NCBI GenBank assembly: GCA_964620675.1
Contig: CAZUJU010000009.1
Span: 13,943-77,942 of the forward strand
DNA: 64,000 bases
From: an uncultured Thiotrichales bacterium
GTDB lineage: Bacteria > Pseudomonadota > Gammaproteobacteria > UWMA-0217
Direction of reading: 5' to 3'
Every line of letters begins with the position of its first letter. Position 1 is the first letter of the stretch. Below, piece by piece: positions 1 through 9,335 of the stretch. The notes beneath the pieces are model-generated. The model did no database searches. It saw only the letters and a program-made list of their open reading frames with translations, and was not told the origin of the DNA. A program made the position numbers and the translations under genes.

Positions 1-1043
1 GGCAATGCGATCTGCACGGACTGGAGCATCGCACGTCGATGAACCTGACCCCGCTGATCGCCGCGGTCGCCGCTGGCAATGTGGCGTTGGTCGAAGCTTT
101 GCTCGAACGCGGTGCCGACCCCGGCAGCACAGACCATCTCGGACGCACCGCCCTGCATTGGGCCCTGCTCGGCGCCTTCGACGACAAGAAATACGCGCGC
201 ACCGCGCTGGCGCCGCTATATGAATTGATCGCGCCGGCGACGATCGATTTCAAGGTTGGCGAACGGCTGGTGCGGATCGATCGCCATCTGTCGGAGTACC
301 TTCTGGTCCAAAGTCTGTGGGCGCTGTTCAAGTCGCGCTTCCACGTCCTGAGTTGGCGCGAGCGGTCGGCGTTCGATACCGCGACCTTGCTGGACGCTTG
401 GCAGCACCTGCCACCGAATGTGCTCAAGCCCGAGCGCCATCGGCGTTCATTTCTCTCGGGTGTGCTGTCGCGCAATGAAGTCGAGCGGGACTATGCCTAC
501 AACCGGCATTTGTTCAAACGGGTCGTGATCGGCTGGTATCAGTTCAATCCGGACCTTGCGGTCCGTCGCAAGGCCGCCGATGGGGAGACCTGGCAATCCG
601 TGTTTGTCGCACTCAATCTCGCCTGGATCAAGGAATTTTCAGAACCGCGACATTGGGTGGAGATCGATTCCCGGCTCGCGCAAAGCGGTTGCAGACCCGC
701 TGGCACACCGATTGCCGCCGAGCGTCAGGTCGCGGCGGCACAACGTGAAGCGGCTGCCCGGCGCGAGCATGAGGCGTTGATGGCGAAGCTGCGCGATCGC
801 GAAATCCGACCCCGCGTGGCGTCGCAGCGGTTCCGCGGCAGAGCGAGCGTGCCGGCTGAAACCAAGCCCGCGCCGCCGCCGGTGAATGACCGGGACGACG
901 CTCCGTCGCAACCGCAAGAGCAACCCGCGCCGTGGGGCACCCCGCGGGCGCGGCAGCAAGCCCTGAAAAAGCTACAGCGTCAGATCGAAGAAAACCGGTT
1001 GCGCGAGGCGCGCGAGAAGGCCACGCGCGAGAAGCCGGAATAG
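1..1043 (+). CDS. Ankyrin-repeat protein, 5' partial (reading frame is open to the window start), with a long charged C-terminal tail
   Basis: ORF 39..1043 has the ankyrin motif (TALHWALLGA..., GADPGSTDHLGRTALH). No in-frame stop lies upstream of nt 39 back to nt 3. The C-terminus is a K/E/R/Q-rich low-complexity tail. Confidence 0.6.
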   Translation, partial: QCDLHGLEHRTSMNLTPLIAAVAAGNVALVEALLERGADPGSTDHLGRTALHWALLGAFDDKKYARTALAPLYELIAPATIDFKVGERLVRIDRHLSEYLLVQSLWALFKSRFHVLSWRERSAFDTATLLDAWQHLPPNVLKPERHRRSFLSGVLSRNEVERDYAYNRHLFKRVVIGWYQFNPDLAVRRKAADGETWQSVFVALNLAWIKEFSEPRHWVEIDSRLAQSGCRPAGTPIAAERQVAAAQREAAARREHEALMAKLRDREIRPRVASQRFRGRASVPAETKPAPPPVNDRDDAPSQPQEQPAPWGTPRARQQALKKLQRQIEENRLREAREKATREKPE

Positions 1044-1044
1044 C

Positions 1045-1178
1045 TTTCATGGCGAGGACACCGCCCCGGAGTATGCAAGCCGCGCCGGCCAGGCGGGAAA
1101 AGCCGTGAATCCTTCCCTGGGGGCTCGGCAGTCGCCTCCCTGCGGCCGACGCTCCCGCTTGGCCAACCCGGAGCGGCA
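1045..1178. repeat. Copy A of a structured repeat of about 135 nt, lying between convergent gene ends
   Basis: Near-identical to 29218-29356; both start with tttcatggcga...caccgccccggag and end with ...ggccaacccggagcggca. Internal 11-bp stem GGCCAGGCGGG (1087-1097) pairs with CCCGCTTGGCC (1154-1164) with one G-U wobble. Confidence 0.55.
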
Positions 1179-1264
1179 CCCCTGAGAATCGGATATTTCA
1201 CGCTGACGTGACCGGCGCGTAACGGCTGCAGTGACCGAAGCCGCCGGCATACATCGACGCGTAG

Positions 1265-2644
1265 TCAGGTAGGAGGGGCATTGACCTCGCGCAGCAGGCG
1301 CCAGGCCATTCCGCCGAGTAACGCGACCGCGCCAAGCAGCGCCCCCCACAAGGTCGGTTGCCGCCAGTCGGTGGCGCTCGCGAGCGCGGGGGTTACGACC
1401 GGCCCCATTTCAAGGCCTGCGAGCGGGAGGTCGTGCACTTGGGTGGGCGCATGCGGCGCGAGCAACTGCTTCACGTCGAGCGCGGCCGACTCCACTTCAT
1501 GGGCGCCAAACGCCAGCGTAAAAGGGCCGTCGCCGCGGGCGGCAAACACCAATGTACGTTCCGTCCAGCCGAGGCGCAGGATCGGCTGACCGGCGCCGAA
1601 TCCGCCGCTGTTCGGATCGACGCGCACTCGCCAGTGGTGCGCCGTGGTGCGCCGGATCGACGTCGGCGGACTGTTGCGCTCGACCCCGTCGCGGGTCATC
1701 CGATAGACGTTGGTGTGGAGCAGCGGGGTCCAACCGCGTTCGCCGTGCCCGTCGACTTGGGCGCTTCCGACCAGAAGTGTCGCCGCGACCGCCGTGTTGG
1801 GCTGCGGCGCGAGGATCTGAACCCGGTCGACCGGCGCAAGCGGTGCACCGGTGACTTCGTAGACGCCCTCGTCGCTGGTCGCGGTGGCGTTGAATTCAAG
1901 CCATTGACGGGGCGCTTCCACGTGTTCGCCCTCGCTCTCGGCGTGAAATGCGCGCGGCGTCGGCGGTTCTTGGGCGGCGTCGTTCCAGCTCACGCGCAGG
2001 TAGCTCAGCGTCCGGGCGGGGAACGCGATGCGGGTTTGCGCGAGGGACTGTCCGGCGTGGTGGAGTTGCAACAGCGGCGTTGCTTCCGCGAGTGCTTGCC
2101 AGCGCACGAGGTCATCGCTGCTTTCGACGCGCAGTGTGGCCTGCACCGATTGCTCTTCGGGCCAATCGATATTGAGCGCGGTCAAGGCTTGATTGAGTCC
2201 GCGCGCGTCGAGGAGCCAGCCGACGAGCTGTTCCGGCTGGTGGGTGACGGCGTTGCCGGCGGCGGCGCGGAGCCGCAAGGCGCCTTGCGCCGCGCCCGGT
2301 TGCCAGGTGAGTTCGAGGTCGTCGATCCGGGTGCCGCGCGGCGCGCGCAGTGGAAAACTCGGTAAGGCGCGCGGTGACGGTGCCGCGGTTGGCGGTGCGG
2401 GCGAATCGGTCAGCGCGAACGGCACCCGCTCGCCGCCCGCGTTGAAGACCCGCAGGTCACGCTGATCGCCGCGCGCGAACCCCGCGTACATCGCGGCGGG
2501 GAGCACGACTCGGTGGAGGCCGTCGGCCGTGGATTGCGGATGCAAGGTAAAGCGGTTGGCGAACTGGGCCGGGGTTTCCGCCGCCAGGGTGCCGGTCACA
2601 AGACAGATCGAGAGCAGGGCCAAACGGTGTAAGGTCGCACGCAT
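1265..2644 (-). CDS. DUF3999-like secreted protein; start taken as MRATLHRLALLSICLVTGTLAA (signal peptide), not the upstream ORF-track start
   Basis: An N-terminal signal-peptide-like segment follows the internal Met. That ATG overlaps the stop of the upstream membrane-protein gene as TGATG at 2642-2646. The pairing with the DUF2339 gene is from memory of a conserved gene pair. Confidence 0.5.
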   Translation of the reverse strand: MRATLHRLALLSICLVTGTLAAETPAQFANRFTLHPQSTADGLHRVVLPAAMYAGFARGDQRDLRVFNAGGERVPFALTDSPAPPTAAPSPRALPSFPLRAPRGTRIDDLELTWQPGAAQGALRLRAAAGNAVTHQPEQLVGWLLDARGLNQALTALNIDWPEEQSVQATLRVESSDDLVRWQALAEATPLLQLHHAGQSLAQTRIAFPARTLSYLRVSWNDAAQEPPTPRAFHAESEGEHVEAPRQWLEFNATATSDEGVYEVTGAPLAPVDRVQILAPQPNTAVAATLLVGSAQVDGHGERGWTPLLHTNVYRMTRDGVERNSPPTSIRRTTAHHWRVRVDPNSGGFGAGQPILRLGWTERTLVFAARGDGPFTLAFGAHEVESAALDVKQLLAPHAPTQVHDLPLAGLEMGPVVTPALASATDWRQPTLWGALLGAVALLGGMAWRLLREVNAPPT

Positions 2645-5403
2645 CACGACGTCTCCGGAGTTGGGGTGGATTTTGCTGGCGGCAGCGGCGCGAAGTAACC
2701 GACCGCGAGCATCAGCAGTCCAACGCCGATAAACGAGGCGATCCGGGTCATCCCGCTTTGGCTCGACAAATCGAGCAGGAGCAGCTTGAGCACCGTCAGC
2801 GCCATCAGCGCCGCACCGGCAAACCAGAGCGTGCGCTGGCGCAGGCGAACCGCGAGCACCATGGTGGTCAGTGCGAGGGTGGTCCAGAACAGCGAGAAGG
2901 CCATCTGCACCAGGAGCGAGTTCCACAGCGCATGCCAGCGATAGGGGATATCCGCGAACTGATGCAGGGTCCGCAACAAGGCGGCGTTGGCCCAGTAAAA
3001 GCCGGCGGCGCCGAGCAGCGCGGGCACGCTCGCGCGCGGCGGCGTGAACCCTGCAATCGGATTGCGGCCAAGCGCGTAACCGAAGCGCGCCAACACGGCC
3101 AGCGCCAACAGGCTCGCGAGATCGAGCGGATTGAGCAGCGGGATCGCGGGCAACGGTGCCGCGTTGCCGTCACTGCGCCAGTTGGCGATCAGCAGCCAGA
3201 TTAGCAGCGCCACCGCCAGCGGCAGTCCGGCGCCGAGGCGATAGGCGAGCGGATGGCTCCCGATCGGCCACGGCAAAACCCGTTCCCCGCGCGTGTGCAA
3301 AAACCACAGCGTGACGAGCGGGGCGATGACGATCGCGGCCCACCACCAGGCTTGGGATTCCGGCACGAGCGCGCGCATCCGCCAACCGATCTCCCAGGCG
3401 GCGAGACCCACGCCCACCACCACGCCGAGCGCATGCGGGAGTCCCACCAGCCAGCCGGGCAGCGGCGCGAGTTCACGCGCGTGCCGCCACAACAACAGAT
3501 AGTGCGCGCCGAGCGCGACCGGCCACGCCAGCCAGCCGAACCCGGCGCCGGGATGGGTGATCGTCTCGATGTACAGGCCGGCGCCCAGTATCAACGTCAA
3601 CGCCAACGGAAGCGCCGCGAGCGCAAGCGCTGGCCAGCGCAGCGCGCTCGCGAGCGACGAGAAGCCCAGCGCCGAAACGGCGATAAACCCAAGTTGGGCG
3701 TGCGTTTGAAGCTCCGACTCCGGGACGATACGCGCGAGTTCGCCGAGGCCCGCGGCGTACCACCATCCGGCGCCCCACACGAGCAACCCGCCCGACCAGG
3801 GCCACCGTGCAAACCAGGTGCCGACGCCACCGGAGGGCCCCGCAGGCAAACCTTGGCGACTGTATCGGGCCGAGAACAACCCGGCCACCGCGAGCAACGC
3901 GGCCCCGATAAATCCAGCATGCAGCCAGGCCTCGGCGTCGGCGCCTGCGGGCAGGCGCGTCAGGAACGCGATCCCGGCGAGTCCCTGCAACGCGATCCCG
4001 GCGAGCCAGCTGGTCCAGCGTTGCTGGCGTATTCCGATCCAGAGTAACGCGGCGCCTTCGAGTGCCCAGGTGACCGCGATCCAGCCGCCCGAGAGCGCGA
4101 GCGGAACCGCGAGGGTGAGAAAACCGATACCGAGCGCCAACCAGGATTCGGTTAGCAGACGCAACTCCGCGCGCCGACCGCGCCACAACCACGCGGCGAG
4201 CATCAGATACAACGCGCCGAAGCCGAGCGCGCTAAAGGCGGGGCCGAACGGAATCTCGCGCACCAGCGCATATTGCAGGCTGAAGGCGGTGATCGGGACG
4301 CCGAAGGTGAGCGTCCCGTCCACATAGTCGCGCAACGCGAACGCGGCCCGACGCCGCGCGACCAGCCAGCCGATCGCGAGGTACATCGCGAAGAACAGCA
4401 GCAGAAACGGCTGCGTCGAGGCGTAGTGCTGCGGTCCGTAGTGGAGCACGCCCCAGGCGGCACCAATGACGAAGGTGAAAACAAATCCGAGCACGTTTAG
4501 CACCCGCCAGGCGCGGAACCCGGCGACCAGCAGCACCCCGCCGTTCAGCACCGCGTAGTAGCCGAACAGGGCCACGTGGCTGCCGCCCCCCGAGGACGCC
4601 AGCAGCGGCGCGAGGAAACCGCCGGCGGTGCCCAGCACCGCCAGCGCCAGCGAGTTCTGCGCGACGGCAAGTACGGCCGAGAATCCGGCCAACAACGCAA
4701 GGAGCGCGAACGCCGGAGTGGGCGTCAGAATCTCGAATACCCGCAGCGCGCCAAAGGTCGTCAGGTACAGGATTCCAACTCCGCCGCCTTGCAGCGAGAG
4801 CGCGTAACCGGGGCGGCGGGTACGCAAACGCCAGCCAAGTGCGAGTAATGCGCTACCGAGCAGTGCGGTCGCGGCGAGACGCAACTCGACCGGCAACAGG
4901 GAATGTTCGGCGGCGTACTTCACCAACAGTCCGATGCCGACGAACAGTATGACAATGCCGACGCGCACAATCGTATTGCCGCCGCTCAGCCAGTCGCTTG
5001 CCAGCGCCCAGCCGCGGGCCAGGGGACCGGGGCTCGTCGGCGGGGGCGGAACGGTGTCTTCGGCTTCGATCCAGCGTGCGGCGGGTGCTGGCTCCGGTGC
5101 GGTTACCGTGGGCGCATCTTTGGCGTCGTCCGTGGCCGGTTCGGTCATGGTCGGGGACGATGTCGGCGCGGCGTTGAGGGCCGCGACGCCGAGCGCGGAT
5201 TCGACGCGCTCCAGGCGTTGCGTCAGTGCTTCGAATTGCGTCAAGAGCGCCGGATCGGCCGTAATCGGGTGGCGCCAGCTGAACAGTCCGCCCAGCAACG
5301 CGCCGAACCACGGCAGGGTCGCTCCCGAGACGCCGATTGCTTCGAGCAGCACGGCGGCGATGAGGCCGAAGACGGCACCGATCAGAATTCCTTTCAGGAT
5401 CAT
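2644..5403 (-). CDS. Large polytopic membrane protein (DUF2339-like), 919 aa, with a Pro/Ala/Thr-rich N-terminal linker
   Basis: Many hydrophobic helices throughout. N-terminal TM followed by a low-complexity PT/PA-rich segment. Translationally coupled to the downstream DUF3999-like gene. Confidence 0.6.
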   Translation of the reverse strand: MILKGILIGAVFGLIAAVLLEAIGVSGATLPWFGALLGGLFSWRHPITADPALLTQFEALTQRLERVESALGVAALNAAPTSSPTMTEPATDDAKDAPTVTAPEPAPAARWIEAEDTVPPPPTSPGPLARGWALASDWLSGGNTIVRVGIVILFVGIGLLVKYAAEHSLLPVELRLAATALLGSALLALGWRLRTRRPGYALSLQGGGVGILYLTTFGALRVFEILTPTPAFALLALLAGFSAVLAVAQNSLALAVLGTAGGFLAPLLASSGGGSHVALFGYYAVLNGGVLLVAGFRAWRVLNVLGFVFTFVIGAAWGVLHYGPQHYASTQPFLLLFFAMYLAIGWLVARRRAAFALRDYVDGTLTFGVPITAFSLQYALVREIPFGPAFSALGFGALYLMLAAWLWRGRRAELRLLTESWLALGIGFLTLAVPLALSGGWIAVTWALEGAALLWIGIRQQRWTSWLAGIALQGLAGIAFLTRLPAGADAEAWLHAGFIGAALLAVAGLFSARYSRQGLPAGPSGGVGTWFARWPWSGGLLVWGAGWWYAAGLGELARIVPESELQTHAQLGFIAVSALGFSSLASALRWPALALAALPLALTLILGAGLYIETITHPGAGFGWLAWPVALGAHYLLLWRHARELAPLPGWLVGLPHALGVVVGVGLAAWEIGWRMRALVPESQAWWWAAIVIAPLVTLWFLHTRGERVLPWPIGSHPLAYRLGAGLPLAVALLIWLLIANWRSDGNAAPLPAIPLLNPLDLASLLALAVLARFGYALGRNPIAGFTPPRASVPALLGAAGFYWANAALLRTLHQFADIPYRWHALWNSLLVQMAFSLFWTTLALTTMVLAVRLRQRTLWFAGAALMALTVLKLLLLDLSSQSGMTRIASFIGVGLLMLAVGYFAPLPPAKSTPTPETS

Positions 5404-5580
5404 GTTGCCCTCGAATTGACGGAGATAGCGCCGCGCGCGGTTAAATCCGACGGCGCGTTGCGACGATTCTAGCGGTTAGGGTCGAACTTGACACTGGACC
5501 CGCTGGGCATGTCCGCGACTTGTGACCGGCTTAACGAGGCTTTTTCCCGCGTTCTCTGCGCTGGAGTCGCGCCAAACCAA

Positions 5581-6708
5581 TCAGGTGAGGAGTCGCTTGA
5601 GGGTCGCCTCGTAAACCTGACTCAGCTGGTCGAGATCGGCGACGCTGACGTGTTCATCGATCTTGTGGATGCTCGCGTTGAGCGGACCCAGTTCCACCAC
5701 CTGGGCACCGGTCGGGGCGATGAAGCGGCCATCGGAGGTGCCGCCAGAGGTCGATAGCCGCGGCTCGTGGCCGGTAACGTCCGCGACCGCCGCCCGGACC
5801 GCGGAGACGAGCGTACCCGCAGGGGTCAGATAGGGTTCGCCAGACAGTGTCCATTCGATCGAATAGTCGACTCGATGCCGGTTGAGGATGCTCTCGGCGC
5901 GGGCCTTCAATTGCACGTCGTTTGATGCGGTCGAATAGCGGAAGTTGAACAGCATTTCCAACTCGCCCGGAATGACGTTGCCGACCCCGGTTCCGGCGTG
6001 AATATTGGAAATCTGGAACGTGGTGGGGGGGAAGTGTTCGTTGCCGCGATCCCAGGTCGTGTGGGCGAGTTCCGCGATTGCGAACGCGGCGCGATGGATC
6101 GGGTTGATCGCCTTGTCCGGGTAAGCGACATGGCCTTGTTGGCCCTTGACCACCACGCGGGCGCTGAGCGAGCCGCGCCGACCGTTCTTGATCACATCGC
6201 CAAGGCGTTCCTCGCTGGTCGGTTCGCCGACCAGGCACCAGTCGATCTTTTCACCGCGGGCTTCGAGTGCGGCGACGACCTTGACCGTGCCGTCGATCGC
6301 CGGGCCTTCTTCATCGCTGGTCAGCAGCAACGCGATCGAGCCCGTCGGTTCGGGATGCGCGGCGAGAAAACGCTCGATCGCGACCACCATCGCCGCGATG
6401 CTGCCTTTCATGTCGGCGGCGCCGCGACCGAACAAGGTGCCGTCCTGCACGGTGGGGAGAAACGGTGGTGTTTGCCATTGCTGCTCGGGGCCGGGAGGTA
6501 CGACATCGGTATGACCGGCGAAGCAGAACAGCGGACCTTGATCACCGCGCCGTAACCAGACGTTTTCGACTTCGCCAAAGCGCATCCGCTCGGCCTTGAA
6601 ACCCAGGGGTTCGAGGCGTTCGATGACGAGGGCCTGACAGCCCTCGTCATCGGGGCTGACGGAGGGTCGTTCGATCAGCGCGCGGGTCAGTTCTAGCGTG
6701 TCGGACAT
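5581..6708 (-). CDS. dapE: Succinyl-diaminopimelate desuccinylase
   Basis: M20 peptidase signature ([16 protein letters not shown]) and the N-terminal [10 protein letters not shown] motif typical of DapE. Confidence 0.9.
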   Translation of the reverse strand: MSDTLELTRALIERPSVSPDDEGCQALVIERLEPLGFKAERMRFGEVENVWLRRGDQGPLFCFAGHTDVVPPGPEQQWQTPPFLPTVQDGTLFGRGAADMKGSIAAMVVAIERFLAAHPEPTGSIALLLTSDEEGPAIDGTVKVVAALEARGEKIDWCLVGEPTSEERLGDVIKNGRRGSLSARVVVKGQQGHVAYPDKAINPIHRAAFAIAELAHTTWDRGNEHFPPTTFQISNIHAGTGVGNVIPGELEMLFNFRYSTASNDVQLKARAESILNRHRVDYSIEWTLSGEPYLTPAGTLVSAVRAAVADVTGHEPRLSTSGGTSDGRFIAPTGAQVVELGPLNASIHKIDEHVSVADLDQLSQVYEATLKRLLT

Positions 6709-6799
6709 GGTGATTTCCAGGGTTATTTGGACGGTTAGCGGAGTCTAGACGGGATCAGCGCGCCGGATTGATAAATCATGTGACGCGATGGGCTGCCGT

Positions 6800-7621
6800 T
6801 CATAGATCGCGCAGCAGTTCGTTGATCCCGACCTTGCCGCGGGTCTTGTCGTCGACGCGCTTGACGATCACCGCGCAGTAGAGGCTGTACTTGCCGTCCT
6901 TCGAGGGCAGATTACCCGAGACCACGACCGATCCGGCCGGGATGCGACCGTAGATCACCTCGTCGCGCTCGCGGTCGTAGATCCGGGTTGATTGACCGAT
7001 GTAAACGCCCATCGAGATGACCGAGCCTTCCTCGACGATGACGCCTTCGACCACCTCGGAGCGGGCGCCGATGAAGCAGTTGTCCTCGATGATTGTGGGC
7101 GCGGCCTGCAGCGGCTCAAGCACCCCGCCAATTCCGACACCGCCGGAGAGGTGGACGTTCTTACCGATCTGGGCGCAGGATCCGACCGTGGCCCAGGTAT
7201 CGACCATCGTACCGCTGTCGACGTACGCGCCGATATTCACATACGACGGCATCAGGACCACGCCCGGTGCGATGTAGGCGCCGTGGCGCGCGGTCGCCGG
7301 CGGGACGATGCGCACGCCGTCGTTGCGAAATTCGCGGGTGTTTTTGTCCTGAAATTTCGACGGCACCTTGTCGTAATAGTTGGTGAATCCACCCTTGATA
7401 AATTCGTTGTCGCGTATGCGGAACGACAGCAGCACCGCTTTCTTCAACCACTCGTGCACAACCCAGTTGCCGTCGACCTTTTCCGCCACCCGCAGCGCGC
7501 CGGCGTCGAGTTGGTCGAGGGTTTCCTGCACCGCCTCGCGGACCCGCGTTTCGACGTTGCGCGGCGTGATATCGGCACGGCGCTCGTAGGCTTCTTCGAT
7601 AAGGCTCTTGAGTTCGGACAT
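6800..7621 (-). CDS. dapD: 2,3,4,5-tetrahydropyridine-2,6-dicarboxylate N-succinyltransferase
   Basis: Hexapeptide-repeat acyltransferase with a DapD-type N-terminus ([18 protein letters not shown]) and left-handed beta-helix repeats. Confidence 0.9.
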   Translation of the reverse strand: MSELKSLIEEAYERRADITPRNVETRVREAVQETLDQLDAGALRVAEKVDGNWVVHEWLKKAVLLSFRIRDNEFIKGGFTNYYDKVPSKFQDKNTREFRNDGVRIVPPATARHGAYIAPGVVLMPSYVNIGAYVDSGTMVDTWATVGSCAQIGKNVHLSGGVGIGGVLEPLQAAPTIIEDNCFIGARSEVVEGVIVEEGSVISMGVYIGQSTRIYDRERDEVIYGRIPAGSVVVSGNLPSKDGKYSLYCAVIVKRVDDKTRGKVGINELLRDL

Positions 7622-7636
7622 GCGAGAGGTGCTCCT

Positions 7637-8845
7637 TTAATTCTGCGGAAGATGGATGAGGGTATCGCGGATGCGCTCGGCGGCCTCGACGCAGGCCTCA
7701 AGCGGTGCCACGAGCGCGATTCGGACATACTCGCGGCCGGGATTGCCGGCGTCGGTGTCGCGCGACAGATAGCTCCCGGGCAGGACGATGACGTTGCGTT
7801 CGCCGTATAGGCGCCTCGCGAAGGTTTCGCCGTCAACCGGCAGGCGCGGCCACAGGTAAAATCCCGCGGGGGGCACTTCGAGCGGCAATACGCCGTCGAG
7901 CACGGTACGTACCTGGGCGAAGCGCTCGCGGTAGCGCGCTCGGCTCGCGCGCGCATGCACGTCGTCGCGCCAAAGCGCGGCGCTGACGGCTTGGGTCGGT
8001 GGCGGCAACGCGCAGCCGTGATAGGTGCGGTACAACAGAAATCGCTCCAGCACTCGCGCGTCGCCAGCGACGAAGCCCGAGCGAAGTCCGGGCACGTTGG
8101 AGCGTTTCGATAAGCTGTGGAACACGACGCAGCGATGGAATTCGGTGTTGCCGATACGCGCGGCGGCGCCGAGCAAACCCGCGGGCGGGGCCGCTTCGTC
8201 CTGATAAATCTCGGAGTAGCATTCGTCGGCGGCGATAATGAAGTCGTGGCGCTCGGCGAGTTCGATCACGCGGGCCAGGGTGGTTTCGTCGATCACCGCG
8301 CCGCTCGGGTTGCCGGGGGAGCAGAGGTAAAGCAACTGACAGCGCGCCCATTGCGCGGCGGTGACTTGTTCGAACGCCGGCACAAACCCGGTCTCGGCGG
8401 TGCAATTCAAAAAAAGGGGCTCCGCCCCGGCGAGCAGCGCCGCGCCTTCGTAGATCTGGTAGAACGGGTTGGGCATGGCCACGCGCGCGCCCGGGCGCTG
8501 ACGATCGACCACGGCCTGGGCGAATGCGAACAGGGCTTCGCGGGTGCCGCTCACCGGCAAGACGTGGCGTTCGGGATCGACCGCGCCCGCGGGCAGGGTG
8601 AAGCGCTGCGTGAGCCAAGCCGTGATCGCCTGGCGCAAATCGGGCTCGCCCTTGCTCACCGGGTAGCGTCCGAGGCCGGCGAGCTGCGCGCACATCACGT
8701 CTGCGACCAGCGCCGGGGGAGGGTCCTGCGGTTCACCGATCGAGAGCCGGATTGGCGCCAGTTGCGTGGGCGGTGTGACGTCGGAAAACAATCGCGCCAG
8801 TTTCTGGAAGGGGTAGGGTTGCAGTCGCTCCAGGTCGGGATTCAT
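7637..8845 (-). CDS. dapC: Succinyldiaminopimelate aminotransferase (PLP-dependent, fold type I); start at MNPDLERLQPYPF
   Basis: Aminotransferase class I/II features and a DapC-like N-terminus. Lies in the dapD/dapE neighbourhood. Confidence 0.8.
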   Translation of the reverse strand: MNPDLERLQPYPFQKLARLFSDVTPPTQLAPIRLSIGEPQDPPPALVADVMCAQLAGLGRYPVSKGEPDLRQAITAWLTQRFTLPAGAVDPERHVLPVSGTREALFAFAQAVVDRQRPGARVAMPNPFYQIYEGAALLAGAEPLFLNCTAETGFVPAFEQVTAAQWARCQLLYLCSPGNPSGAVIDETTLARVIELAERHDFIIAADECYSEIYQDEAAPPAGLLGAAARIGNTEFHRCVVFHSLSKRSNVPGLRSGFVAGDARVLERFLLYRTYHGCALPPPTQAVSAALWRDDVHARASRARYRERFAQVRTVLDGVLPLEVPPAGFYLWPRLPVDGETFARRLYGERNVIVLPGSYLSRDTDAGNPGREYVRIALVAPLEACVEAAERIRDTLIHLPQN

Positions 8846-8933
8846 GCCGGGCGCATAGGGTTGGCGTAGACTCGGGGACGGTGAGTATAACAAACTCGCG
8901 ACTCTGTCCAACGCAACCGGAGGACGCAAAGGC

Positions 8934-9335
8934 ATGAGCGAGGAAGATTCGATCCTGTCGCTGCACCACGCAAGCGTGCTGGTCGCCGATGTTGCGCGAT
9001 CGCTCGAGTTTTACTCCGGAGTACTCGGCTTGCGCACCGATCCGGCGCGCCCGCTACTTGGCTTTGACGGCGCGTGGCTACGGGTGAACGCGGAGCAACA
9101 AATCCATCTGCTGCGGCTGCCGAATCCAGATCCCGTGAGCGGGCGAGCGGAGCACGTCGGACGTGACCGACATGTCGCGTTGACGGTGCGCGACCTCGTG
9201 GGGGTTCGGGCGCGGCTGGATGCGGCCGGTATTCCTTATACGCAGAGCCGGTCGGGTCGCGCGGCGGTGTTTTGCCGCGATCCGGATGGCAACGGGGTCG
9301 AGTTGATCCAGGCGGGCGCCACGGCGTTTACTTAA
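8934..9335 (+). CDS. VOC/glyoxalase-family protein
   Basis: Glyoxalase/bleomycin-resistance-fold motifs (HHASVLVADVARSLEFYSGVLGL, HVALTVRDL) in a 133-aa protein. Confidence 0.7.
   Translation: MSEEDSILSLHHASVLVADVARSLEFYSGVLGLRTDPARPLLGFDGAWLRVNAEQQIHLLRLPNPDPVSGRAEHVGRDRHVALTVRDLVGVRARLDAAGIPYTQSRSGRAAVFCRDPDGNGVELIQAGATAFT

Noticed and set aside
5-223. 72-aa ORF at the window start in a different frame from the ankyrin gene
   Set aside because: Arg-rich off-frame artefact. The ankyrin frame is open upstream of nt 39 and has recognisable repeats.
1358-2365. 335-aa plus-strand ORF inside the DUF3999-like gene. Many similar long ORFs are antisense to real genes (e.g. 3253-4047, 5998-6555, 6992-7810, 8117-8869, 9379-10068, 19890-20657, 27922-28938, 34637-35455, 35922-36566, 48199-49530, 53137-54285, 60216-60941)
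   Set aside because: Arg/Gly/Ala-rich translations typical of antisense frames in high-GC DNA; each overlaps a gene with clear homology on the other strand.
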